Of a stretch of DNA of 64,000 bases, positions 53,321 through 61,538 are shown piece by piece. The notes beneath the pieces are model-generated. The model was not told where the DNA came from, ran no database searches, and saw nothing but the letters and a program-made list of their open reading frames with translations. The stretch lies in NCBI GenBank assembly GCA_964202905.1, contig CAXNJO010000007.1, positions 32,001 to 96,000 of the forward strand. Direction: 5' to 3'. Every line of letters begins with the position of its first letter. The first letter of the stretch is position 1. The translations under genes were made by a program, and so were the position numbers. The stretch is from Polyangiales bacterium (GTDB lineage: Bacteria; Myxococcota_A; Polyangia; Polyangiales; JADJQN01).

Positions 53321-54441
53321 TCCCGAAAGAAGTCTTCGAGCAGACGCTGCTCTCGTTCCTCGAGCCGATCCGGCCCTTTCTCGACGACGCGTCCGTCAGC
53401 GAGATCATGATCAACGGGCCCTTCGAAATCTACATCGAGAAGAAGGGCCGGCTCCACAAGACCGACGCGAAGTTCGCGTCGCAGCACGCGCTCGAGGCCG
53501 CGCTGCGGAACCTCGCGCAGTACGTCGGGCGGCACATCGACGAAGAGCGCCCGATCCTCGAGGCGCGCCTCCCCGACGGCTCCCGTGTCGAGGCGGTGCT
53601 GCCGCCGGCCGCGCCCGACGGGCCGAGCGTCGCGATCCGCCGCTTCTTCAAGGAGACGCTCACCGTGAAGCGGCTCCTCGAGTTCGGCTCGTTCACGCAG
53701 GACGCGGCCGACTGCATGCACGCGATCGTCGCCTGCAAACAGAACGTCATCGTCGCGGGCGGCACCGGCTCGGGCAAGACGTCGCTCCTCAACGTGCTGT
53801 CGTCCTTCGCCGCCGAGGACGAGCGCGTCGTGGTGATCGAGGACTCGCGCGAGTTGCAGCTGCAGCGGCCACACGTCGTGCAGCTCGAGGCGCGCCCGCC
53901 GAACGCGCGGGGGCGCGGCGCGGTGTCGATCCGCGATCTCTTCAAGGCGACGCTGCGCATGCGCCCCGACCGCATCGTCGTCGGCGAGATCCGCGGCGCC
54001 GAGGCGCTCGACCTGATCCAGGCGATGACCTCGGGCCACGGCGGCTGCCTTTCGACCGTGCACGCGAGCTACCCGATCGACACGTGCAACCGCCTCGAGA
54101 CGATGGCGCTCATGGCCGACGTGGGCCTGCCGCTCTTCGCGCTGCGCGCGCAGCTCGCGAGCGCGGTCGACGTGATTGTGCAGACCTCGCGCCTCGCGGA
54201 TGGCTCGCGCTGCGTGACGCACCTGACCGAGGTGCGAGGCTACGATCCGCAAGGCGGTTATCGGCTCGCGGATCTGTTCGTCCGCGAGTACGATGGCAAG
54301 GACGCGACGGGCAAAGTGCTCTCGCGCTTCGTGCCGACGGGCGAGCTCCCGAAGAGCCTCGAGATGATCCGCGCGCACGGCCACGAACTGCCGCAGTCGA
54401 TGTACGACGCGGCCGAGCGGCGCGGCGCGCACCGCGACTGA
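53317..54441 (+). CDS. cpaF: Second CpaF/TadA-family ATPase (no FHA, short N-terminus)
   Basis: GTG overlaps the upstream stop; VSEIMING, EARLPDGSRV, GGTGSGKTS, LRMRPDRIVVGEIRG, MTSGHGG..STVH. Confidence 0.92.
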   Translation: MIPKEVFEQTLLSFLEPIRPFLDDASVSEIMINGPFEIYIEKKGRLHKTDAKFASQHALEAALRNLAQYVGRHIDEERPILEARLPDGSRVEAVLPPAAPDGPSVAIRRFFKETLTVKRLLEFGSFTQDAADCMHAIVACKQNVIVAGGTGSGKTSLLNVLSSFAAEDERVVVIEDSRELQLQRPHVVQLEARPPNARGRGAVSIRDLFKATLRMRPDRIVVGEIRGAEALDLIQAMTSGHGGCLSTVHASYPIDTCNRLETMALMADVGLPLFALRAQLASAVDVIVQTSRLADGSRCVTHLTEVRGYDPQGGYRLADLFVREYDGKDATGKVLSRFVPTGELPKSLEMIRAHGHELPQSMYDAAERRGAHRD

Positions 54442-54496
54442 CGGTCGCTCCGCAATCCGACGCATCGCGCGCGAACTTGGCTAAGATGCGGGCCGC

Positions 54497-56014
54497 ATGG
54501 TCGACCCGCGCCACGGTCCCCAGGTCCGGCCCGCTCCGACGTCCTGGGCGCGCGTGCGCCTGCTGAAGGGCGACTCCGCGGGCGGGCTGTGGGACGTCTC
54601 GAGCGACATCCCCGAGGCCCGCATCGCCATCGGCAGCGATGCGGGCTGCGGTTGGCTGGTGCGTGGCAGCGGCGTCGCGCCATTCCACTTCGAAGTCTAT
54701 TGGGACGGCACCGTGCTCTGGGTCGGCAACAGCGCGGGCGCGCCGGACGTGCGCCTCGATGGTGAGCCGCTCGGCGATTGGCGTCCGATCAGCGGCCGCG
54801 CGCGGATCGAGTTCGGGCGGGCGGCCATGCTGGTCGAGGCGTCCGACGCGGTGGCGCGCGCGTCGGTCGTGCCGCAGCCGCGGGACTCTCAAGCCCCGTT
54901 CGAGAGCGAGAACACACGCATCGCGGCGCCGCGGGACGAGCGGCGCGAGGTGTACGCCTCCGGGAACAGCGCCCTGCAGGAGGTGCCGCCGCTCAGCGAG
55001 CTCGAGGCGAAGCCCTCGCGTGGAGTGCATGCGGCGTTGGGGGCGTCCGGCGACGGGGGCGCGACGCGCGTCGTCTCGTTGGCCGAGGCCGAGGCGGGCC
55101 GTGCGGCGCCGGTCGCGGCCCCGCGGGTCGGCGTGGGGGCGGGCGTGCGGCGCGTCGAGGAGCCCCCGCCGATCTCGGAGGAGGCGACGCGCCTCGGCGT
55201 CTTCGCCGGCGCGGGGCAGGCGAGCGCGCTCCCGCCGGGCGTCTCTGCGGCCTCGCGAGCGGGGGGCGGTCCGGGGGGCGGCGCGGTGGGCGTGGCGTTG
55301 GGGGCGCCGAGCGGGGCGCCTTCGCCTTTCGGCCCGTCGGTCGCGGCGCCGTCCGCTTTCGACGCGCCGGGCGCGGGGGCAGGGCTGCGCGGGCCTGTCG
55401 CGGGCGCGGCGAGCCCGTTCGCGGCGCCGCCGCCGGTGGCGGCTGATCCGTCGTCGATCGCGTTCGCGCGGGTCGGCGAGAAGCTGAAGGGCGGGCTCGG
55501 CAGGCCCAAGCTGTCGCAGCCGCCGCGTACGTGGCTGCTGCTCGCGCTGGTCGTGGCCGTGCTCGTGGTGTTCGTGCTCGACGCCTTCGACCCGACGCCG
55601 GAGCCTCCGGCCGGGTCTCCCGCGGTGGCCACGCAGCCCGCGGCCTCTCCGCCCGGGACGGCGGACGCCGGGTTGGCGGCGGTCCCCGCTTTGGCGCGGA
55701 TCGGGGCAGGCCTCGCCGTGGGACCGGGCGGGCTGGTCGCGGGCGGCATGCCGCTCGCGGTGGCCGACGCGGGGGTCGCCGCGCCGTCCGGGGACACGCC
55801 GCCCGGTGCGCCGGTGCCCGCGACGCCGGAGCGCCAGGCCGCGGACGCGCTGATCGCCGGTCGCTACCGCGAGGCGCTCCCGCTCTATCAGGCGCTCGCT
55901 GCGGCGAACCCGCAGAACCCCACCTTCTCCCAGATCGTCGTCGTGCTCGAGCGGCGCGTGCGGGCCGCGTGTCGCGACGGGCTCACCCCGGAGGGCACGC
56001 AGTGCGAGCCGTGA
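54497..56014 (+). CDS. Bitopic protein: degenerate FHA-like domain, long Pro/Ala/Gly linker, TM, C-terminal TPR-like helix pair
   Basis: IAIGSDAGCGWLV...VAPFH...IEFG; TM WLLLALVVAVLVVFV; AADALIAGRYREALPLYQAL. Confidence 0.7.
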   Translation: MVDPRHGPQVRPAPTSWARVRLLKGDSAGGLWDVSSDIPEARIAIGSDAGCGWLVRGSGVAPFHFEVYWDGTVLWVGNSAGAPDVRLDGEPLGDWRPISGRARIEFGRAAMLVEASDAVARASVVPQPRDSQAPFESENTRIAAPRDERREVYASGNSALQEVPPLSELEAKPSRGVHAALGASGDGGATRVVSLAEAEAGRAAPVAAPRVGVGAGVRRVEEPPPISEEATRLGVFAGAGQASALPPGVSAASRAGGGPGGGAVGVALGAPSGAPSPFGPSVAAPSAFDAPGAGAGLRGPVAGAASPFAAPPPVAADPSSIAFARVGEKLKGGLGRPKLSQPPRTWLLLALVVAVLVVFVLDAFDPTPEPPAGSPAVATQPAASPPGTADAGLAAVPALARIGAGLAVGPGGLVAGGMPLAVADAGVAAPSGDTPPGAPVPATPERQAADALIAGRYREALPLYQALAAANPQNPTFSQIVVVLERRVRAACRDGLTPEGTQCEP

Positions 56015-56739
56015 ACCCGCCGCTGGGCGCGCCGCTCCTCACGCACTTCGCCGTGCTGCTCGGCGTCGCGTCCGTTCTCGTGGTCGGCGCCGCGTGCGAC
56101 GACCCGCCTCCGCCGCCCGAGTACCGCGTCTCCTTCACCGCGCTCGCCGATGCGGCGGCCCTCGGCGGCGTCGAGATCGCCGTCGCCGGGCGCCCGCTGG
56201 GGGTGACCGGGCCGGACGGGACGCTGCGCGCGAACCTGCGCGGGCGCGAGGGAGCGGTCGTGGCGTACCGCGTCAAGTGTCCGGAAGGATTCAGGGAACC
56301 GGAGCAGTCGCCGCCTCTGACCTTGCGTCGCTTCCGCGGCCTCGACCCGGCCGCGGCCGCGCGGGGCATCGAGCTCAACATCCAGTGCCGGCCGGCCGAG
56401 CGCCTCGCGGCGGTCGTCGTGCGGGCGGGCGGCATCCCCAACCTGCCGGTGCTGATGCAGGGGCAGCCCGTCGCGGTCACCGACGCGAGCGGCGTCGCGC
56501 ACCTGCTGCTGAAGCTGCCGCCGAACACCAGCTTCACGATGACGGTCGACACGCGCGCCAACCCGCGCCTCGTGCCGGCGAGCCCGACGCAGCCCTTCGT
56601 CGTGCCGGACGCAGACGACGTCCTCGTCTTCGACGCCCCGCTCGCCGAGCAGCAGGCGCCCACGAAGCGGCGCCGGGCCGTGCGCCGCGCGCCCGTGTTC
56701 ACCGGGCCGGTGCGGATCCCCTCGTCCGGTCGGCGCTGA
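56011..56739 (+). CDS. Lipoprotein with tandem Ig-like beta-sandwich repeats
   Basis: Lipobox GAAC; repeated G.P...T...G motifs (GRPLGVTGPDG and GQPVAVTDASG). Confidence 0.7.
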   Translation: MNPPLGAPLLTHFAVLLGVASVLVVGAACDDPPPPPEYRVSFTALADAAALGGVEIAVAGRPLGVTGPDGTLRANLRGREGAVVAYRVKCPEGFREPEQSPPLTLRRFRGLDPAAAARGIELNIQCRPAERLAAVVVRAGGIPNLPVLMQGQPVAVTDASGVAHLLLKLPPNTSFTMTVDTRANPRLVPASPTQPFVVPDADDVLVFDAPLAEQQAPTKRRRAVRRAPVFTGPVRIPSSGRR

Positions 56740-56819
56740 GCGCCTCGGCCCGGGGCGTGCGCCGCCGGCGGGCCGCGCCGAGAACTTGGAGCGACGGCGG
56801 TCGCGTAGTACGCGGGGCC

Positions 56820-57836
56820 ATGCTTCGCTCGCGTTTCTTCGCGTCCGCCGCGCTCGGCCTGGCGCTGCTCGCCACGATGGTCCCGTCGCGCGCGCGCGCG
56901 GACGGCGCAGCGGTGCTCGCGGTGCGCGAATCGGCGCGCGTCGCCGACCGCGTACGGCGGGAGGGCGAGGCCGCGCTGGTCGCTGCGCTGGCCGCCGACG
57001 GTGTGCGCGTGCGGACCGCCGCCGACACGGAGGCCGTGCTGGTCGGCGATCCGCTCGCCGAGTGCGGCGCGGTCGACTGCGCGGTGGCCGTCGCGCGGCG
57101 GCTCGGCGTCGATTTCGTCGTCGTGCTTTCGGTGTTCGGCACCGACGCGCAGGCGGACAGTGTCGCCGTCGCGCTCGCGACCGCCGACGGGCTGAGCTTC
57201 GGCGGGGAGGCCGACGTCGACGCCGCACGCCCGCTCGCGCGCGCGGTCGCCGACGCGCTCGCCGAGGCGCGGATCCGGCAGGGCGCCGGAACGCGCGGCA
57301 CGCTCCGCGTCGAGACGACGCCGTCGGGTGCCACCGTGCACGTCGACGGCGAGTTTCGCGGGGAGACCCCGCTTTTCCGCGCGGTCGAGCCGGGCGCGCA
57401 CCGCGTCGTGGTCAGCCAGTCGGGCCGTGTGACCGAGTCGCGCGACGTCGTCGTGCAGCTGCACGAGGAGACGACGCTGCAGCTCGCGCTCGCGCCGGTC
57501 GCGCCCTCTGCGCCGCGGGTCGCCGCGGTCCGGCGCCCGCTGCTCGGGCCGTTGGTGCTCGGTGGTGCCGGCGCTGCGCTGCTCGCGTTCGATCTCGGCT
57601 CGCTCGCGGCGCTCGGGTGCAGCGAGGAGGCGCCGGGGGGCGCGTGCCGCCGCCGCGTCGTCGTCGATCCGCTGCCCTTCGGGCTCTACGCCGGAGTCGG
57701 TGCCGGCGCCGTGGTCGGCGCGCTGCTCTGGTGGCTGCTCGGGGCCCGCGAGGTCGAGACGGCGCAGGCCGCGGGCGCCGCGTCGCTGCGCCTCGACGTC
57801 GGCCTGCGCGAGGTCTCGCTCCGCGGCCGTTTCTGA
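56820..57836 (+). CDS. PEGA domain exported protein
   Basis: Signal peptide; GTLRVETTPSGATVHVDGEFRGETP...PGAHRVVV; C-terminal SLRGRF. Confidence 0.88.
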   Translation: MLRSRFFASAALGLALLATMVPSRARADGAAVLAVRESARVADRVRREGEAALVAALAADGVRVRTAADTEAVLVGDPLAECGAVDCAVAVARRLGVDFVVVLSVFGTDAQADSVAVALATADGLSFGGEADVDAARPLARAVADALAEARIRQGAGTRGTLRVETTPSGATVHVDGEFRGETPLFRAVEPGAHRVVVSQSGRVTESRDVVVQLHEETTLQLALAPVAPSAPRVAAVRRPLLGPLVLGGAGAALLAFDLGSLAALGCSEEAPGGACRRRVVVDPLPFGLYAGVGAGAVVGALLWWLLGAREVETAQAAGAASLRLDVGLREVSLRGRF

Positions 57837-57885
57837 TGGCGGCGCGCCCGGCGCACCGGGCGCACGACCCGAAGCGTCCGGCGCG

Positions 57886-60150
57886 TCAGGTGCGGGAGTC
57901 GAAGCGCTCGGCGTCCTGCACGCGTCCGAGCGCGCGGTAGCAGCGGGCGAGCGTCCGCAGCGCGGCCTCTTCGCCGCTCGCGTCGTGGCGCCTTCGGGTG
58001 CTCGCGAGCGCGGCCACGGCAGCACGCACGGCGCCGACCGGGTCGCCCGACCCGGCGAGGACGAGCGCGAGCGCGAGCATCGCGCGGCTCGAATCGGCAT
58101 CGCTCGTCGGGCCTGCACCCTGCTGCCGTCGCAGGGTGCGGAGCGCGCGCCCGGCGTCTCCGCGGGCGAGCTGCGCGACGGCGCGGATGCGCTCGGCGGC
58201 TGCGGGGGCGCCACCGGCGGCGAGGGCGGCCTCGACCACGCGATCGACGGCATCGAAGTCGCGCGCGATGATCGCGCGCACCGCGCGGTGCGCCGTGTCG
58301 GTCGCCTCGGGGCGGTCGGAATCGGCAGGTTGCGGGGTGGGCGTCGTTGCGTCGTCGTCGGCCGCCTGCTCGCTCGTCAGCGCGGCGGCCGCGCGCCGCG
58401 TCCCGTCACGCGGATCGACCCGCACGGCGGCTGCGGCCAGCCGCACCGCCGCGCGCTCGAACCCCGCCTCCCGCGCGTGGTGCGCGGCCTCGAGCAGCGT
58501 CGCGCCCGCATCCTCCGGCATGCCGCCCTCGGCGAGGTGGCTCGCGAGGGTACCGAGCCGGAAGGCGCGCGTCTCCGCGTCGGGACCGGTGCGCAGGGCA
58601 CGCGCTGCGAAGCGGTGCAGCTTCGCCGTTCGCGCGGGGTGCATCGCCTCGAGCACCACCGTGCGCACGAGGAAGGTGGGCAGCGCGGGTGACGCCGACG
58701 GCGCCCAGAGGCCCTCGGCCCGGAGGGACGTGAGGCCACGCGTGAAGCGCTCGGTGTCGAGGCCGTCCTGCTCGGCGAGGATGCGCGCGACGTCGAGCGG
58801 GGCCGCCTCCGCGAGCACGCAGAGCGCCTCGAGCACGCGGTGAGCGGTCTCGTCGAGGAGGCCGAGCCGCTCGGTCACGAGCGATTTCAGGGGCGCAGGG
58901 CCGCTCGCTGCGCGGGGGGCCTGCCGCCACGCGAGCCGCTCGCCCTGGCGTACGATGTCGCCCGTCGCGACGAGCGCGTGCGCCGCCTCCACGATGCCCA
59001 TCGTCGTGTCGCCGCCGATCAGCGCGAGCTTGCGGGCCACGGAGGGCTCCGCGTCGGCCCCGAGCACGCCGCACGCGACGGCGAGCGCGTCGACGGGGCC
59101 GAGGGGCGGCAGCGTGTACTCGAGCGTGGGCGCGCCCTCGAGGAGCACCTGTGGCGGCGCCGCGCCCTCGGGCAGGCGCGCGAACACGAGCGCCGCCGCG
59201 CCGGCGTGCGCGGTGGACTCGGCGACGAGCTCGACCGAGGCCGGATCGAGGGCGCTCACCGGATCGAGGAGAAACCACACGGCGCGGCCGTCCCGCGCAT
59301 GGCGCGCGAGGAGCGCATCGAGCGCTGCGCGCGCGTCGGTGCGGGGCGTGGCGCGACCCGCGGCGAGGGCGCGGATCGCTTCCGCCGCCGCGGGCGGGAT
59401 CCCCTCGAGCGGAGGGTCCGCGAGCCGCAGCGCAGCGCCGAGGCTGCCGAGCGGATCGAGTCCGCCGGGCACCCCGGGCAGGTCGAGCACGAGCGCGGGA
59501 CGCAGCGTGCGGGCGAGCGCGGTGACGAGCGCGCGGGAGCCCGCGGCGAACGACCCGCGAAGCAGCACGCGTGTCGCAGCCTGGCCTGCGGCCGCGCGCG
59601 CGATGGCCGAGGCCAGCGCCTCTTGCGCCGGCGCGATCGGCGGCGGAGCGAGCCCGGCGAGCGCCTCCCGACACGCCTCGCGCCGCGGGTGGGCCCGGTC
59701 CACGGCAAAGCCCCGCGGCCCCGCCGGTCCCGCGGTCACCTCGCGCGTGAAGAGCAGCGCGTGCGCGCTCCGATCCCGCGCCTCGCGCTCGAGCACCACC
59801 TCACCGTCCCGTGCGCGCGCGGCGAGCCCCTGCGCGTGGTCGACGGCGGAGCCGACGAGGACGCCGCCTTCGACCTCGACGAGGCCGAGCGCGACCCCGA
59901 ACGCCGGGCGCACGGGAGACTCGCCGCGGTCGACCTCGTCGCAGAGGTCGAGCAGCGCCTCGACCGCGTCGATGGCGTCTTCGGGATCGAAGGTCGCCAC
60001 CACCGTGCCCGAGAGCAGCGCCCGCACCTCCCCGCCCACGGCCACGAGCCGCGCGGCGACGGCGCGGGCCTGCGCGGCCGCGGCGCGCGCCTCGTCCAGG
60101 CCGTCGTGCGCGGCGGCGATCCAGCGCAGCCAGACGACGAGGTGCTCCAC
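57886..60150 (-). CDS. Large protein with degenerate nucleotide-cyclase-like N-domain, degenerate AAA/STAND-like domain and C-terminal TPR-like helices
   Basis: VVATF...AFGVALG.V....LVGSAVDHAQGL.ARARDGEVVL (cyclase-like); Walker A position reads LRGSFAAGS; LDPASVELV; LPPL; ERLGLL. Confidence 0.6.
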   Translation of the reverse strand: MEHLVVWLRWIAAAHDGLDEARAAAAQARAVAARLVAVGGEVRALLSGTVVATFDPEDAIDAVEALLDLCDEVDRGESPVRPAFGVALGLVEVEGGVLVGSAVDHAQGLAARARDGEVVLEREARDRSAHALLFTREVTAGPAGPRGFAVDRAHPRREACREALAGLAPPPIAPAQEALASAIARAAAGQAATRVLLRGSFAAGSRALVTALARTLRPALVLDLPGVPGGLDPLGSLGAALRLADPPLEGIPPAAAEAIRALAAGRATPRTDARAALDALLARHARDGRAVWFLLDPVSALDPASVELVAESTAHAGAAALVFARLPEGAAPPQVLLEGAPTLEYTLPPLGPVDALAVACGVLGADAEPSVARKLALIGGDTTMGIVEAAHALVATGDIVRQGERLAWRQAPRAASGPAPLKSLVTERLGLLDETAHRVLEALCVLAEAAPLDVARILAEQDGLDTERFTRGLTSLRAEGLWAPSASPALPTFLVRTVVLEAMHPARTAKLHRFAARALRTGPDAETRAFRLGTLASHLAEGGMPEDAGATLLEAAHHAREAGFERAAVRLAAAAVRVDPRDGTRRAAAALTSEQAADDDATTPTPQPADSDRPEATDTAHRAVRAIIARDFDAVDRVVEAALAAGGAPAAAERIRAVAQLARGDAGRALRTLRRQQGAGPTSDADSSRAMLALALVLAGSGDPVGAVRAAVAALASTRRRHDASGEEAALRTLARCYRALGRVQDAERFDSRT

Positions 60151-60161
60151 GGGGACCGGGC

Positions 60162-60839
60162 CTACAGCCCTTCGAGCTTGCGCTTGAGGGCAGAGAGCTC
60201 GTCGTCGACCTTCGCGCCCCCTGCCTCGCGCTCGAGCCTCCGGAAGCGCGCGTCGACGTCGGCGCGCGCCGGATCCTCGAGCACTTCGTGCGCCTCGACC
60301 TCGGACTCGAGCGTCTCGATGCGCCCGCCCATGCGCTCGAGCTCTCCGAAGGCCGACCCTTCGCCGAAGCGCTGGCCGCCCTCGAGCGGGCGCGTGTCGC
60401 GGGCGCGGCGGACCTGCGCGGCGAGCGACGTCTTGCGGCTCTCGATCTCGTCGATCTTGCGCTCGACGTTCTCGAGCGTCGCCTTCATCTCGTCGGCCGC
60501 GCTCGCGGCGCCCGCGGACTGCCGCTCGGCGTCGGCCGCATCCCGTTCGGCGCGGCCCTTGCGCTTGAGCGCCTCGCGCGCGAGCGAATCGTCGCCGTTG
60601 CGCAGCGCGAGCACGGCCTTCTCCTCCCACGCGCGCGCCTCGGCGTTCAACTCGGCCGTCTTCTTCTCGAGGCGCTTCGCCGTGCCGAGCGTCGTGATCA
60701 GCTCCTGACGGGCGCGCTTCACTTCGTCCTTCATGTCGAGGACGGTCTGGCCGATCAACTTCTCCGGGTCCTCCGCCTTCTCGACCAGCGCGTTGAGGTT
60801 CGACTTGATGACGTTGTTGAGGCGGCTGAACATGCCCAT
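60162..60839 (-). CDS. pspA: PspA/IM30 (ESCRT-III-like) family protein
   Basis: MGMFSRLNNVIKSNLNALVEKAEDPEKLI, WEEKAVLAL...LAREAL, VDDELSALK. Confidence 0.95.
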   Translation of the reverse strand: MGMFSRLNNVIKSNLNALVEKAEDPEKLIGQTVLDMKDEVKRARQELITTLGTAKRLEKKTAELNAEARAWEEKAVLALRNGDDSLAREALKRKGRAERDAADAERQSAGAASAADEMKATLENVERKIDEIESRKTSLAAQVRRARDTRPLEGGQRFGEGSAFGELERMGGRIETLESEVEAHEVLEDPARADVDARFRRLEREAGGAKVDDELSALKRKLEGL

Positions 60840-60847
60840 GTCCGCCA

Positions 60848-60853
60848 AGCCTA
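60848..60853 (-). promoter_or_regulatory. -10 box TAGGCT 8 nt before the pspA ATG
   Basis: Minus strand TAGGCT-tggcggac-ATG. Confidence 0.45.
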
Positions 60854-60925
60854 CACCCGGTCCGGGGTCGATCAACCGCGCGTCCGTGCGCCGGGCCGGA
60901 GCGCGGCGGGGCCCGTGGGGCTCCG

Positions 60926-61507
60926 TCAGGGCGTGGCGCCGCGTCGCAGCGCGTCGCGCAGTTCCGTGACGACCGCGGCCGAGGCGCGCGCGTTCTCGGA
61001 CTCGCGCCACTCGTCGAACCAGAGCGTCACGGCGCAGCGGGCGCCCGGGAGCGACACCTCCAGGGTCGGGCGGCTCTCGTGCGTGCGCCCGGTCCGGCGC
61101 GTCGAGGCGAGCTCGCAAGGGCGCGCGGCGAGCAGACGGCGCTCGAGCTCCGCGACGTCCTCGGGCGGCAGGCTCAGCTCCGCGCGGGTCGGCGCGCCGC
61201 CGCCCTGCGGCGGATCGAGCAGGTAGCGCGCGCGCCCGTCCCGGCGCACGAGCACCGCCTCCGTGCCCCAGTGCGGGTGCGCGACGCTCCAGGCGACCAG
61301 GATCTCGGCGTCGTCGCCCCCGAGCTGCCGGGCCGCAGCGTGTCCGGCCGTGCGCGGGGGCGGCGCGTCGAGGCCCCGTGCGAGCGTCACCGCGAGCGCG
61401 GTCGCGAGCCCCGCGGCGGCCATGCCGGCGAGCGTGGCGCGCGCGCCTCCGCTGCGGGTGGCGCCCGGTCCGCCACGGGTGCGGGCGTCGTCGTTCGGTG
61501 CATGCAT
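60926..61507 (-). CDS. Hypothetical single-TM/exported protein
   Basis: Hydrophobic segment LAGMAAAGLATALAVTL followed by a plausible globular domain. Confidence 0.55.
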   Translation of the reverse strand: MHAPNDDARTRGGPGATRSGGARATLAGMAAAGLATALAVTLARGLDAPPPRTAGHAAARQLGGDDAEILVAWSVAHPHWGTEAVLVRRDGRARYLLDPPQGGGAPTRAELSLPPEDVAELERRLLAARPCELASTRRTGRTHESRPTLEVSLPGARCAVTLWFDEWRESENARASAAVVTELRDALRRGATP

Positions 61508-61538
61508 TTCTCGCGTCTCCGGGTCAGGCTTGCGCCCC

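Noticed and set aside
53317..54441. Second ATPase as a conjugative VirB11/TrbB
   Set aside because: No VirB4, relaxase or other T4SS genes are present; it overlaps the upstream Tad-cluster gene and has CpaF-type motifs.
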